Assembly (NCBI GenBank): GCA_900617105.1
Contig: UYFQ01000675.1
Span: 1 to 53,172 of the forward strand
From: Hydrurus foetidus
Taxonomy: Eukaryota
DNA length: 53,172 bases
Reading direction: 5' to 3'
The notes beneath the pieces are model-generated. The model saw only the letters and a program-made list of their open reading frames with translations, was not told the origin of the DNA and searched no databases. How positions within the stretch are numbered: the first letter of the stretch is position 1; every line of letters starts with the position of its first letter. Below, piece by piece: positions 37,701-51,980 of this stretch. Position numbers and translations under genes: made by a program.

Positions 37701-39002
37701 GTATAGTATAGTATAGTATAGTATAGTATAGTATAGTATAGTATAGTATAGTATAGTATAGTATAGTATAGTATAGTATAGTATAGTATAGTATAGTATA
37801 GTGCAGTATAGTATAGTGCAGTATAGTATAGTGCAGTATAGTATAGTATAGTATAGTATGGTATAGTATAGTATAGTATAGTATAGTATAGTATAGTACA
37901 GTATAGTGCAGTATAGTATAGTGTTGTGTAGTGTAGTACAGTATAGTGTAGTACAGTACAGTATAGGATAATATAGTGCAGTATAGTATTATGTAGTATA
38001 ATATAGTATAATATAGTGAAGTATAATATAGTGAAGTATAATGTAGTGTAGTATAGTATAGCATAGTATAGTAAAGGTAGTGTAGTATAGTGTAGTATTG
38101 TATTGTGTAGTATAATATAGTAAAGGTATTATAGTGTAGTGCAGTATAGTATAGTATAATATGGTACAGTGCAGTATAGTGTAGTATAGTGCAGTACAGT
38201 ATAATATAGAATAGTACAGTGTAGTATGGTGCCATGTAGCGCAGTATAGTATAACATAATATAGTGTAGTGTAGTTTAGTATAGTGTAGTATAGTATAGT
38301 ATAGTGCAGTACAGTGCAGTATAGTGCAGTTTAGTATAATATAGTGTAGTATAGTATAATATAGTGTAGTATAATATAATATAGTATAGTATAGTATAGT
38401 GCAGTATAGTGCAGTTTAGTATAGTATAGTATAGTATTATATAGTACAGTGCAGTATAGTGCAGTTTAATATAATATAGTGTAGTATAGTGTTGTGTAGT
38501 ACAGTACAGTGTAGTACAGTATAAGATAGTATAGTATAATATAGTGCAATAGTGTAAAGATAGTATAGTGTCGTGTAGTATGACATGGTGTAATATAATA
38601 TAATATAGTGTAGTATAATATAGTGTAGTGTTGTGTAGTATAGCATAGTATAGAACAGTATAGTGTAGCATGACATAGTGTGATATGATATAATATAGTG
38701 TAGTGTTGTGTAGTAGAGTATAGTATAGTATAGTGCAGTATAGTGTAGTATAATATAGTATGGTATAGTATACTATAGTGTAGTGTTGTGTAGTAGAGTA
38801 CAGTATAGTGTAGCATGACATGGTGCGATATAATATAGTGTAAAATAGTATTATACAGAATAGAATACTACAGTACTGACGATTGACTTACCGGCATAAC
38901 TCTTGTCAGAGTTGAGATGTGTCTCCATCCCTGTTGACATTTAGTAGGCTCCACCTCAATCTCCTCTTCTTCTTCTCCTTCTTCATTATCATCTCCATTC
39001 TC

Positions 39003-39041
<39 letters not shown>

Positions 39042-40522
39042 CTGCTATATCTTCTCGATCATTTTCTCCTCGTTGTGATCTTAATTTGATTCCTCTGTGC
39101 TCCTCATTATCATGTTGACAAATGTTTTTATTTCCATCAACGTCCCTCCGAATTTTACTTTTTTCATCTTCATCACCTTCAAACTTTCTTTTATTTACAG
39201 CGATGCATGTATCATCTCTTGTTTCTCTTTCATTCTCCGCACACAGGACCCCATTTCCCTGAAAATGACCCCTAAAACCCCTGGGGTACAAGGGAACAGT
39301 CGCATCCACCACCATTGCGCATATTTCAGAATGGCAGTGGGTGGGAAGGGTACGGTAAACGGCATAATCTAAGCCGTAATGCACGCCTATTTTCACCACA
39401 TACCTGTTGAAGAAAAGGTAATTATGTGTAAAAATGAAGCGAAAAGTTGTCAACAAACCACTGAAAATAATGTATCACGCATACAATAAATAATTAGTAG
39501 TAGATGAACGCATAGTGATACTTTCTTGAAATCAAAAACAGTCGCATCAGACAAGTTGCAATAATTACAGAATATATCAGTCATCTAATCAACACAAATA
39601 GGGCCTTTCTTCCACTCTTACCCTTGATCTCTAACAAAAGAATAAACCTTGTATTTCAAGGGAAATTTCTCACTTTTTTGAAGGAATTTCGACCACAATT
39701 GATTGACCGTCACATCCGATCCATCCGGCAATTGTAGCGCCGGATGATTATTCGTAAATAAGTAAAATGCCTACGTACGCATGGAAGCACATGTGTGGTA
39801 TTGTTGAAAAGTAGGTCATTATCTGGGAGTATTTGATTGACGTGTTATAAGTTGCCTTTTAATCAAATTGTGAGAAATTTTATTGTGTTATCATGTTACT
39901 GCTGACTTCAAATACATTTCATTTCTTCTTCGTGTTCATTTATTTTGATTTGATACTGTTGTGTGTGGCATTGCATAGAAGTATTCTCATACGTTCAATA
40001 TTGAAATGAAATAAGATTGCTGAATAGCGTCTGAATGAGCAGGAATGCACAAATAGTGACCACGTATTGTCGAATTCAGAACAAAACAGCACTTCTCAGG
40101 ATTTTCTTGCAGCATATTTGGCGAATATAGTGTAACAATTGTTGTTCTCAGCGGTCATTTTTGTGGACAAATAAGTGGTGTTGCTGTTTAGTTGTGAATT
40201 CGATAATATCAAATGAAACGAAACGAAACGTTACGAAATGAAAAACACGACTAGTACGAACCTCTTCATCAAACAGAAGCATCGGTGCAGAAGCTTCTGG
40301 TACATCAGAACTGACAATGTTCTTTCCATCAATAGGAAGAGTGATATGTTCTGCAGATTTCGTTACAGTGCTTCCAAGTGACGTCACAGTTGTTGAAGTT
40401 ACGTCGGCTGAAACGTTAGGAACTTTGGTGTTCTGAACACTTTCAGAATGATCATTGACTATCACGCTGTTGCTGCTAGTGCCCCTGTAAGTTATTTCAT
40501 CGATGTCCCCCGCTGGTGTGTT
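34719..40522 (-). pseudogene. TSEN2: SEN2-like gene, 5'-truncated, 3' end cut off at the gypsy junction (unit 2)
   Basis: Same exons as unit 1, plus a frameshifted DYSTP…RPVSVMVRRLP exon and a Lys/Glu-rich terminal exon. Confidence 0.8.
36740..38870 (+). repeat. Expanded intronic (TAGTA)n microsatellite with a ~698-bp higher-order duplication
   Basis: Intron 36642-38891. The variant block GTAGTATGGTGCCATGTAG recurs at ~37523 and ~38221. Confidence 0.93.
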
Positions 40523-41262
40523 GTACCTGAAGGAAAGTTGGAAAGTGTAGCCGAGAAGAGAGCCAAATCAGAAGTCATCAGACAGGACATCCTGGTCAGA
40601 ATGATACATGTTCCTCTGTATTCTACGAAAGAAAAATAATGACGTTCTTCCGTGAAGGCTAATGCTGTTCCCGTCTCCTCCTTGAATTCTCTATTCATCG
40701 TCTACACAATCGTGTCGTCCATGCCATCTCACCCATCACCTTTATTCAAATCAGAAACATGGCAAATAGATACGAACGATATCACATTTGCTACAGGTCT
40801 CCTATGTCTTGCTATCACCCAATCTGTCACGTAAGGTTTCCAACTCCCAGATATTTCAAGTTTGGCATGAGCGTCAGCTTCGGAAATGTCATCAATGCCA
40901 GAAGAATACGACCATGTTCTTTCCATCGAAAGCAGGAAAGATATTGTGCTACTCGTTCTGCACCTGCGAACCCAAATTTCACGTCAGCCCATGTCGACAA
41001 CAGCAGTATCCTAGGACATAGCTTCTTCTTCCCTCAAGCAATAGAGCTGCCGAGGTCAATCTTGTATCATGCATCACTGCCGAGGTTCGTCTTCTTATGT
41101 TGCTGTCCCTCCCCGCCAGTGCTGCCGGAGTCAGTCACAGGAACGTATGTCACTATACCATAGGAGAGGAAATTATGCTTCAGTGCACCGCAGTCGGTGA
41201 CGGCTTTCGTTGCCTCGTCGAGGGACTTGATGTATCTCAAGGTCATGATTGCTTCTAGTCAT
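40523..41262 (-). pseudogene. Nudix hydrolase 5' fragment, copy C
   Basis: Same motifs and stops as copy B. Confidence 0.75.
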
Positions 41263-41375
41263 CGAGAGTAGTTACAGAAGTGCATTGATTCACTGTAGAA
41301 TTCTTCTGAACTTCGACTTCTCACTTCTCAGAACTATTCTCAACTTCCTCTTTCATTTATCAAATCCCGCTTCTT

Positions 41376-41725
41376 AAAACTTCGACCACTTTTCATTTTT
41401 CATTTCTGACTCTCAGAAATGAACAAGATGAGAACATGAAAAAGAAATAAAAATGAAACGTTAATTAATGGAACACTGAAACACTGCATGAAACGCTTGA
41501 ATATGTTCCTTTCGTTGCTCTGAGAGAAACTGAATACGTTATCAAATGAAAAAACTTCGACCACTTTTCATTTTTCATTTCTGACTCTCAGAAATGAACA
41601 AGATGAGAACATGAAAAAGAAATAAAAATGAAATGTTAATTAATGGAACACTGAAACACTGCATGAAACGCTTGAATATTCTCCTTTCAATGCTCTGAGA
41701 GAAACTACATACATTATCAAATGAA
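41376..41725 (+). repeat. 175-bp tandem duplication in the amplicon spacer
   Basis: AAAACTTCGACCACTTTTCATTTTTC… at 41376 and 41551. Single copy in the other units. Confidence 0.88.
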
Positions 41726-42930
41726 CGAAGAGATTTTCTAGCTTCGCTTGATTTCAAAACGATGTCGTCAAAACGAAATGAACTTCTGAAGACCAACAAT
41801 AAGTTGTTCTCAAAGTACAAATTTACCACCCCTGCAAAATAGGTAATATCGAGATGCCTCCGGCCATGCATCGACTCAACAAAAGGCTGCAAATCAAAAG
41901 TGAACTACTCTATCGATCATCAGTCAGATCGTGATGGAATGTCATAGCGTGTGATTTACATAAAAGAAACTGAATCCAGTGGGGAGTACTGCACTACGAA
42001 TGCCACCGACGTGGTCGTTAGAGATGCATAAGGTGCTATCAATGAAACGCTACCGAAGTCTGGCTACACCTCGTCTTTTTGTTGTCCTGGTTTAAATTAG
42101 CTTGGCTTGTTCCATGTGCTGGTTTGGACACTGGTTTGAGAGAGGTTATTGAGAAAATATTGGCACGCATTTTTGGAACACGATGAAGCGAATGAGGAGA
42201 TAGAAGTGGATGAGGATCTGCCCTACTTACACTGCACGTCTACATATTCGCTTCTGTCAACAGCACAGTTTGACCGTCAATTAAAGCTCTGTGGGAACGA
42301 GCACGTTCGATGCGCCACGACATTTAAATATCATTCATGCATAGCTAGTGGTGACCGCGACAATATCCCTGGCAATGCGATATCATACCACGTAACACAC
42401 TGTTTAGATTGCTGTCACTAAGTGCGGTGATGAAAAGCCAAAAAGAGTCAAGACAAACAATGTTTATTAGATTACATCGGATAATAAACTTAGAAACCAG
42501 GACACAGTGGCTGCATATCGCTCTGGCTTTAACGTAGATTACGGTAAGATCCAGCGGAGAAGTACTTGTTGAAGTATCTAATGACGTAAGTCTTAGTTCA
42601 AGGGGTAGAAGTATCAGCTGCGGTACTGGTTTCGATGATAATGATCAGGTACCCGATGGTAGATAGTGTAGTGTAATGTAAAGTGATTTAATGTAGTATA
42701 ATATGATGTGGTGTGACCAGACGGTATAGGCGATGCATGAACCGGACAGTGCGGCTGCTACATGGCGTGTAAAAGAAATAAAAGCAACTGGATTATATTC
42801 GACGAGAAGCTTGTAGGAGGAATCGATTTATTGTGAGTGTGGGCCGGCGATGGTGAGAGAAGGAGACGATATTTAAGAGCCCTGCTAAGGGGTGTTAAAT
42901 GCGAAGCAGGCGCGGAGTGGTTACAACCAT

Positions 42931-45171
42931 CTACACCGAAGTGGGTTGGGATGTGAGGGCGTAGGAACCGGGTGAACGGGTGGGAGATTCGGTAGGTAAG
43001 CGAGTAGGAACAGTCAGGCATCCTGTTTGATCGGATTTTAGGATTTGGCCTGGTGGGCACACATGACAGCCTGTGTCTTGGAAACCAGAGTAGGTTCCTG
43101 CTGGACATTTCAGACACTCCGTAGGCTTGCTGTACTGGTACCACGGCTTGACTTCGTACGCTTGTCTATAGAAGGATGGCTCGCAGTACACACACTTCGT
43201 CCTCTCATCTGTCACCACCATGGTTGGCGGACAATCTTCGCAATACATCTCTCCCTCAGGTACGTACGTATTCACTGCACATGGCCGGCAGGGTTGTGCG
43301 AAAAATGGTTCGTAACCCTTGGGGCACGTCGCAGTGGTGGGTTCGGGGGTGGGGCTAATGGTTGGAGAGGGAGTGAGAACTATACATCCTGTTTGACCCG
43401 CATTTACTGTCTTGCCTGGTGGACACGTACGACAGCCTGTGTCTCGGGGTCTGGAGTAGGTTCCGGCTGGACATTTCAAACACTCTGCAGGCTTACTGTA
43501 CTGGTAGTACGGGTTGACAGGGTACGCTTGTCTGTAGAACGATGCCTTGCAGTACACACAGTTCGTTCTCTCATCTGTCACCACCAGAGTTAAGGGACAG
43601 GGGATACATATTTTCGCCCCTTCAGGTGCAAACGTATTCACCGCACACGGGGAACATGGTTCAATGCCGTGTGGTCCATAGCCAGGATCGCACCGAACTG
43701 TACATTTACAAGCACGCGCATCTGCAACTGTGCACGTTACGCATTCGTGCAGGAGGTCATTAAAGTACTCTCCCTCTAAACACGAAGAATGAAATTGCGT
43801 AGGAGGAGGCGAACAGGGCGAAACACATCTGCCTAACAGGTCATCGTAGTACTGTCCGTACGGACAGGGAGGGGGACTGGTGGGATAAATGGTAGGAAGA
43901 GGGGTCGGAGGGGGGGTAACAAGAGGGGTCGGGTAGGGGGTAGGAAGAGTGGTCGGAGCGTAGGTAGGATGAGGAGTCGGATCGGTACATCCCGTTTGGT
44001 CGGGTTTTGCTGTAGTTCCATGTGGGCACTTCTTGCACTCGGCGGCCCCGGGGCCTGAGTATTCGCCAGCTGGGCATTTGCGGCAAGGTTCGTCGGGGTT
44101 GGGGGAGTAGTAGGACGGATGGCATTTTGCGCAAGACAGATTCTGATAGTCGAAGTTTTGCCCTGGACTACAGCGCTGGCATCTGTTCTCGCCAACCCCT
44201 GAGTAAGAGCCTTTTGGGCAGGTCAAGCAGGCGTCTGTGGGTTCAAGGGAGTATGTGTCTTTCAAGCAAGGTTTGCATACGCTTTCATGCTGATTGGCGT
44301 ACTGTCCAGCCACACAGGTGGTACACGTCGCCGATTTCGGTTGGGAGACCTTTCCTTTGCCGCATGGCCAGCATTTAGCCGAGGCAAGCCCCGAGTATGT
44401 TCCAGCCGGGCAGATTTTGCATGCCTTAGCGCCAGCAGGTGACCGCGTTCCTTCTCGGCACTGCCTACATCTACGACCATCTGCGTAAAGTCCCGCACTG
44501 CATGTTGTTGAGATCCACCCTGCGATTTATCAAGAAAGAGATTACTGCGTGTGTTGCAGGAGTGATTGAACTGAACTTGATGTGAGATTTGATCAAGATT
44601 CGGTACCTTCAATTCCTACAGCTGATAAGCTCTCGCTCTTCTCCAAAATGGCATCTTCTCCACCACGCACAGTAGAGAGACCTACGAGCAAACAAATGTA
44701 GTCAGAATCTGACGATCATGATTCGGTGGTGATTGAATAACTTGATGTGAGATTTGATCAAGATTCGGTACCTTCAATTCCTACAGCTGATAAGCTCTCG
44801 CTCTTCTCCAGAATGACATCTTCTCCACCACGCACAGTAGAGAGACCTACGAGCAAACACATGTAGTCAGAATCTGACGATCATGATTCGGTGGTGATTG
44901 AACTAACTTGATGTGAGATTTGATCAAGATTCGGTACCTTCACTTCCTACAGCTGATAAGCTCTCGCTCTTCTCCAAAATGACATCTTCTCCACCACGCA
45001 CAGTGGAGAGACCTACGAGCAAACACATGCAGTCAGAATCCGACGATCATGATTCGGTGGTGATTGGCTATCTCGGGCAATTTCAAGTTGCCTTTGATCT
45101 TCGTTTCTGCTGGGGCCCTCACCTGTCAAGATTGTGTTAAAATAGATCCAGCAGATGAAGAAGATCTTCAT
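42931..45171 (-). CDS. Secreted Cys-rich/PT-repeat protein, copy 3, apparently intact (~620 aa); exons 45171-45123, 45012-44938, 44846-44772, 44681-44607, 44519-42931
   Basis: Signal-like MKIFFICWIYFNTILTG|LSTVRG. All introns are GT-AG phase 1. Open spliced frame of 1863 nt running into ORF 42931..44313, with CxxCPxGxYS repeats. Confidence 0.85.
44576..45066 (-). repeat. Triplication of the 75-nt exon 2 with its splice sites (period 165-166 bp)
   Basis: Three copies of AG|GTCTCTC…GAAG|GTACCG. Paralogs have a single copy. Confidence 0.92.
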
Positions 45172-46120
45172 GTCGCGTCGCTTCTTGAACGTGAATTGAG
45201 TTTCGGGTTTCGGTGACTTCCACGAATTAAAATGTGTAGTATATGTCACGAACGTGGTGATAGATAGACACCATGTTATTGAACATTGAACTCACTCAAA
45301 ACTTCTTGCTTCAACAAGGATTTTTCCGAATTTTTGGGATCCTTTTTCTCGATTATTTTCAGTTTTTTCAAATTTTGAGATTCCAATTGAAAACTTTGAT
45401 CGATCTCTCCGCATGAATGAAAATTTGAAAATTCGGTAAGGTCGTGTGAGTGTCCTGTGTGGGGAATCCATACTCTGCACTGGACTTTTCTTTGTTTTGT
45501 AAGACGCCCACATGTGAAGTTGATATGGTGGAGACACCTCGTATCTCGAGAACAGAAAACGAAAACGAAAACTTTTACAGAACAAGTGAGTCTCAAGTTT
45601 GAGAAACTGATTATCTTCCACCATCTGATTTGATTAACTATCAAATACTGTCAAACATGGAAACAAGTCAATCAGCAGATTCCAAATTTTATCGAAAATC
45701 CTCTTCGACTGTGAAAGTCAATTTTATTGATTTCCTCTAGTTACCTTTCGTTACTTTGTCATGCCACGTCGTGTTACATCATCATACGGTAATTGTTGTT
45801 TTGAAGTTGTTAAGTATTGCACTATTTTGTTTTGTTTTCTTTGGTGTCGTTTTCATTTTCTCTCCTTTGTTTTGTTTTTGTAAAATGTTTTGTCTTATTT
45901 CATTTTATCATGTTTCTAATTATCTTATTCTCTTCTATTCCATGTGCTTGCGAGAATGCAGATTCCAAGACAACCAATCGAATTATGATTTAAATTCATT
46001 CAATACAAATAAAGTCCCTCTATCCTATCCGACAACAATGATTCGATTTAATTGGAAATTTAGTACAATCACTTTTATGAAATTTATTCACTGTGATCAC
46101 GCATTGTCTGTGGTGACAAA

Positions 46121-49100
46121 TTATTTGACATTTGACATTTTGATGAATACAACACTTTCCTCGCTATCGTCATCCTCGATTGTTATATCGTCCTCAAAAG
46201 CGTTATTATGTCTATTTGTGATATCATCAGAATTGCCATTATTATCATACTTATTGTTGTTGCTATCATCACTGTTTCTATTGTTATCATCATTGTTGTT
46301 GTTGTTATTTGTTATACCACTATTGTCCGAATCACTGTTATCATCGTTACTGCTGTTTTCACTGATATCGATTTCGATTATTCTACTCCTGTCGAAGTCA
46401 CCGCTATTTCTAACACTAATATCATCATTGACATAACTGCTATTAGTCGTATTATCGTGTTTTATTACGCCATTATTTTGAATACTATTATCCGTAACCG
46501 TTTCAATGCCATCGTCAGCACAACCATTGGTCAACGCTTCATTCGTGTTGTACGTACTTACATGCTGTACGGGTGGGCCACTTGCTAACTCTACACTGTC
46601 AAGACTTTCCGGTAATATTGAATAGTCAGTATTGACGGATTTGGCGTTGTTTTCGTTATTTCTATTATCGTAGGTGTCATTACTATTGCTAGTGGATTTA
46701 CTATAACCGACATTTTCATCTTTATCAGTGCCGTCATTTTCATATTTATTCTGTCCTTTATTTTCATATTTCTTATGACTGCCAATATCATTATCATTAT
46801 TATCATTATCATCATTATTACAACTACTGTTGCTCACTGCATTGTCATCATAACTTTCATCGTTACTGTACAGATCGTTTCCGTCAAAATAAACAGCATC
46901 AAGAGATTCATTGTAAATATCGCCAACTGACGAAGCACTTTCAGTACCAGACAAAAGAACATTCTCCATAGGAACATCATTCATAGGAACGTTCTTCAAC
47001 GGAACATTCTCAACTTCAACATGACTGACAAAGTTACCGAGGACAGAGGCACTAGCAGTACTGACTATCGTACCAAAATCATCGACTTCCTTACCATCAC
47101 CATTACCATCACTTCTACTGTTGCTCTCATTGATGCACACATCGGTATCGACAACACTGACACTGGCACTGGCACTACTATGTGAGACTTTCCTACCTTA
47201 CTTCCATTATTTCAGTTCCATCCTGTCCATTTTCCTCCCCTCTTCTTCATGTTCATCTCCTCCTTCCCCTGTCTCTGTGTGGTCTACTTTTCTATTTTCA
47301 TCCCCTCTGTTCTCACCTCCCTCTTCATCACTTTCGTTGTCATCGCCAATTGCATTTTTACTTCCCACATCATTTCCTTCTTTTTTTTCTTTCTCTTTCT
47401 CTTCCGACTTCCCACTTACGTCATTCTCATTGTTTTCATTTGATTCACCCATTCTTAGTTTTTCTTTTCTTTGTTCTCTCTTCAATACAGCTTCTGCCGA
47501 GTTCTTTTTGTCATTTGCTAATTCAATCAGTTTTTGTGCTTTTTCTTGTTGAATTTGAGTTTTCAGCGCACTGCTCATTTCTTGAGACATAGGAACATTT
47601 AATGATTTCCACATTTTGTTGTGCTTTGTATGCGATTTAGTACGCAATTCTGTATGATCTCTTCTTTGTTTTCGTTTTTTCTTCATTAATGTTGATACAC
47701 CATTAGATACGGTTTTCCCCTTATTTCCGGTTTTTGATGCATTTCCCATTATTGACTGTCTCGGAATTTTCAAAATTGAACAACTTCGATATTTTTTTTG
47801 AACTTCGCCAATAGACTTGTAGATTTCGCCTGCAAAAAAGAAGAACAATAACAATCGAAAATAGTTACAAATTGTGCCCAGTCTAAGTTTCATCGCGTGT
47901 TCTGAATTTCAAAAATAGAATCCTGATTTCGATGAGTACGACACATAGAACTCTATCTATGTTTATACTATAAAAAATAAAAATTATCCACCATAAGAAA
48001 AACAAATTAAATCGCAAATTCTTTCGAAAAACTAAAAATACTTTACTGGAGAAAATCAGCTCTAGATTGTGCAAAATGAGAATCGTCACCTTTTGCCGGC
48101 AGCCTTCTAACCATAACGGAAACTGGACGTACAGTCAGAAGAGATAAACAAGCGGGGGTGGAATAATCTATACCTGATATAAATGAGTGTAATATCAGTC
48201 ATAATTTAAATACAAATATGACTTATGCAAAATGTGTGATGTATCATATTTCTTTTGAGACATGTAAAGTACGACATGATGACTTTTATGTATGATGACG
48301 AAACTGATAATTGTTTACCTTCAGTGATATTGGCTGGATCAGCAAATAAATCAGCGTATTGGAAAGAAGAAACACAAGGAATGTTATTTACAGCTGAAGA
48401 AGAAGAAGAAGAAGAGATAGGGAAAGAGGTAGAGGAGGAGGAAGAAGAGGTAGGGAAAGAGGTAGAGGAGGAAGAAGAAGAGGTAGGGAAAGAGGAGGAG
48501 AAGAAGGAAGGGAAGGTAGAGAAGAAGAAGAGGTAGGGAAAGAGGTAAAGCAAGGTGGAGATGTCAGTGTGTCCGTATAATAGGTCACTTCATTAATTTC
48601 CGAGTTATTCGTCTCTTCCTCCTTTTCGTTGTGCATTATTTCCATTTCATCACTCTCTTCCATTTCTGCAATTACTCCACATTCATCATTTCCCGTATTT
48701 TCATCGATAATTTCGATTTCTTCTTCACTACCTCTTCCATCATATTCATTTACCATCATGCCATCATCAACATCGTTGGTTTCATTTTCATTTTCATTGA
48801 CACTTTTGTCTTCACTACCATTTTCATCATTTATGATTTCGTCTCCATTGTTTTGTTTAACGGCAAAGTTTGATCGAAATGCAACGGGTAAGACGTAACA
48901 TAACGTTAAAAGTTTCATCATATCCTGAAAAAAACAGAAAGAAAATATTAGAGTAGATTATGAAAAATTTATCAAACATTATGAGAGTGATAAACAGCAC
49001 TAGAAAAGTACAAATACCTGTCAAGGTAGTGCAGTGCAGTGCAGTATGGTGCAGTATAGTATAGTTTAGTGTAGTATATTGTATTACAGTATCGTGCAGT

Positions 49101-51241
49101 ATAGTATAGTGTAGTATGGTATAGTATAGTACAGTATAGTATAATATAGTATAATATAGTGTAGTAAAGATAGTGTAGTATAGTGCAGTGTAGTGTAGTA
49201 CAGTATAGGATAATATAGTGCAGTATAGTATTATGTAGTATAATATAGTGTAGTATAATATAGTATAATATAGTGTAGTAAAGATAGTGTAGTGTAATAT
49301 AGTATAGTATAGTATAGTATAGTATAGTATAGTATAGTATAATATGGTGCAGTGCAGTATAGTGTAGTATGATATAGTACAGTACAGTATAGTATGGTAC
49401 CGTATAGTATAATATAATATTGTGTAGTATAGTTAGTATAATGTAATGTAGTGTAGTATAGTGTCGTGTAGTATGACATGGTGAGATATTATATAATATA
49501 GTGTGGTATAATATAGTGTAGTGTTGTGTAGTAGAGTATAGTATAGAATAGTATAGTACAGTATAGTGTAGCATGACATGGTGTGATGTAATATAGTGTA
49601 AAATAGTATTATATAGAATACAATACTACAGCACTGACAATTGACTTACCGGCATAACTCTTGTCAGAGTTGAGATGTGTCTCCATCCCTGTTGACATTT
49701 AGTTGGCTCCACCTCAATCTCCTCTTCTTCTTCTCCTTCTTCATTATCATCTCCATTCTCTCTCTCTCTACCTGCTATATCTTCTCGATCATTTTCTCCT
49801 CGTTGTGATCTTAATTTGATTCCTCTGTGCTCCTCATTATCATGTTGACAAATGTTTTTATTTCCATCAACGTCCCTCCGAACTTTACTTTTTTCATCTT
49901 CATCACCTTCAAACTTTCTTTTGTTTACAGCGATGCATTTATCATCTCTCATTTCTCCTTCATTCTCCGCACACAGGACCCCATTTCCCTGAAAATTACC
50001 CCTAAAGCCCCTGGGGTACAAGGGAACAGTCGCATCCACTACCATTGCGCATATTTCAGAATGGCAGTGGGTGGGAAGGGTACGGTAAACGGCATAATCT
50101 AAGCCGTAATGCACGCCTGTTTTCACCACATACCTGTTGAAGAAAAGGTAAAAATGAAGCGAAAAGTTGTCAACAAACTACTGAAAATAACCTATCATGC
50201 ATACAACAAATAATTAGTAGTAGATGAACGCATAGTGATACTTTCTTGAAATTAAAAACAATCGCAACAGACAAGTTGAAATAATTACAGAATAAATCAG
50301 TCATCTAATCAACATAAATAGGGCCTTTTTTCCACTCTTACCCTTGATCTCTAAAAAAAGAATAAACCTTGTATTTCAAGGGAAATTTCTCATTTTTTTG
50401 AAGGAATTTCGACCACAATTGATTGACCGTCACATCCGATCCATCCGGTAATTGTAGCGCCAAATGATTATTCGTAAATAAGTAAAATGCCTACGTACGC
50501 ATGGAAGTACATGTGCAGTATTGTTTAGAAGTAGGTCATTCTGTGGAAGTATTTGATTGACGTGTTATAAGTTGCCTTTTAATCAAATTGTGAGAAATGT
50601 TATTGTGTCATCATGTTACTGCTGACTTCAAATACATTTCATTACTTCTTCGTGTTCATTTATTTTGGTTTGATACTGTTGTGTGTGGCATTGCATAGAA
50701 GTATTCTCATATGTTCAATATTGAAATGAAATAAGATTACTGAATAGCGTCTGAATGAGCAGGAATGCACAAATAGTGACCACGTATTGTCGAATTCAGA
50801 ACAAAACAGCACTTCTCAGGATTTTCTTGCAGCATATTTGGCGAATATAGTGTGACAATCGTTGTTCTCAGCGGTCATTTTTGTGGACAAATAAATGGTA
50901 TTGCTGTTTAGTTGTGAATTCGATAATATCAAATGAAGTGAAATGAAATGAAATGAAAAACACAACTAGTACGAACCTCTTCATCAAACAGAAGCATCGG
51001 TGCAGAAGCTTCTGGTACATCAGAACTGACAATGTTCTTTCCATCGATAGGAAGAGTGGTATGTTCTGTAGATTTCGTTACAGTGCTTCCAAGTGACGTC
51101 ACAGTTGTTGAAGTTACGTCAGCTGAAACGTTAGGAACTTTGATGTTCTGAACGCTTTCAGAATGATCATTGACTATCACTGCTGCTGCTGCTGCTAGTG
51201 CCCCAGTAAGTTATTTCATCGGTGTCCCCCGCTGATGTGTT
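46121..51241 (-). pseudogene. TSEN2: SEN2-like gene, most complete copy but 5'-truncated (unit 3)
   Basis: Exons …-50977, 50490-50342, 50133-49650, 48924-…, 48173-48090 (GIDYSTPACLSLLTVRPVSVMVRRLPAKG) and 47829-…. Frameshift in the Ser-rich tract at ~48520, and stops or a deletion at ~47200. Confidence 0.82.
49025..49625 (+). repeat. Intronic (TAGTA/TAGTG)n microsatellite
   Basis: Intron 48925-49649. Confidence 0.95.
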
Positions 51242-51980
51242 GTACCTGAATGAAAGTTGGAAAGTGTACCCGAGAAGAGAGCCAAATCAGAAGTCATCAG
51301 ACAGAACATGCTGGTCAGAATGATATTTGTTCCTCTGTATTCTACGAAAGAAAAACAATGACGTTCTTCTGTGAAGGCTAATGCTCTTCCCGTCTCCTCC
51401 TTGAATTCTCTATTCATCGTCTACACAATCGTTTCGTCCATGCCGTCTCACCCATCACCTTTATTCAAATCAGAAACATGGCAAATAGATACGAACGATA
51501 TCACATTTGCTACAGGTCTCCTATGTCTTGCTATCACCCAATCTGTCACGTAAGGTTTCCAACTCCCAGATATTTCAAGTTTGGCATGAGCATCAGCTTC
51601 TGAAATGTCATCAATGCCAGAAGAATACGACCATGTTCTTTCCATCGAAAGCAGGAAAGATATTGTGCTACTTGTTCTGCACCTGCGAACCCAAATTTCA
51701 CGTCAGCCCATGTCGACAACAGCAGTATCCGAGGACATAGCTTCTTCTTCCCTCAAGCAATAGAGCTGCCGAGGTCAATCTTGTATCATGCATCACTGCC
51801 GAGGTTCGTCTTCTTATTTTGCTGTCCCTCCCCGCCAGTGCTACCGGAGTCAGTCACAGGAACGTATATCACTATACCACAGGAGAGGAAATTATGCTTC
51901 AGTGCACCGCAGTCGGTGACGGCTTTCGTTGCCTCGTCCAGGGTATGATGTACCTCAAGGTTGTGATTGCTTCTAGTCAT
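51242..51980 (-). pseudogene. Nudix hydrolase 5' fragment, copy D
   Basis: Begins MTRSNHNL…, with the same Nudix box and stops. Confidence 0.75.
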
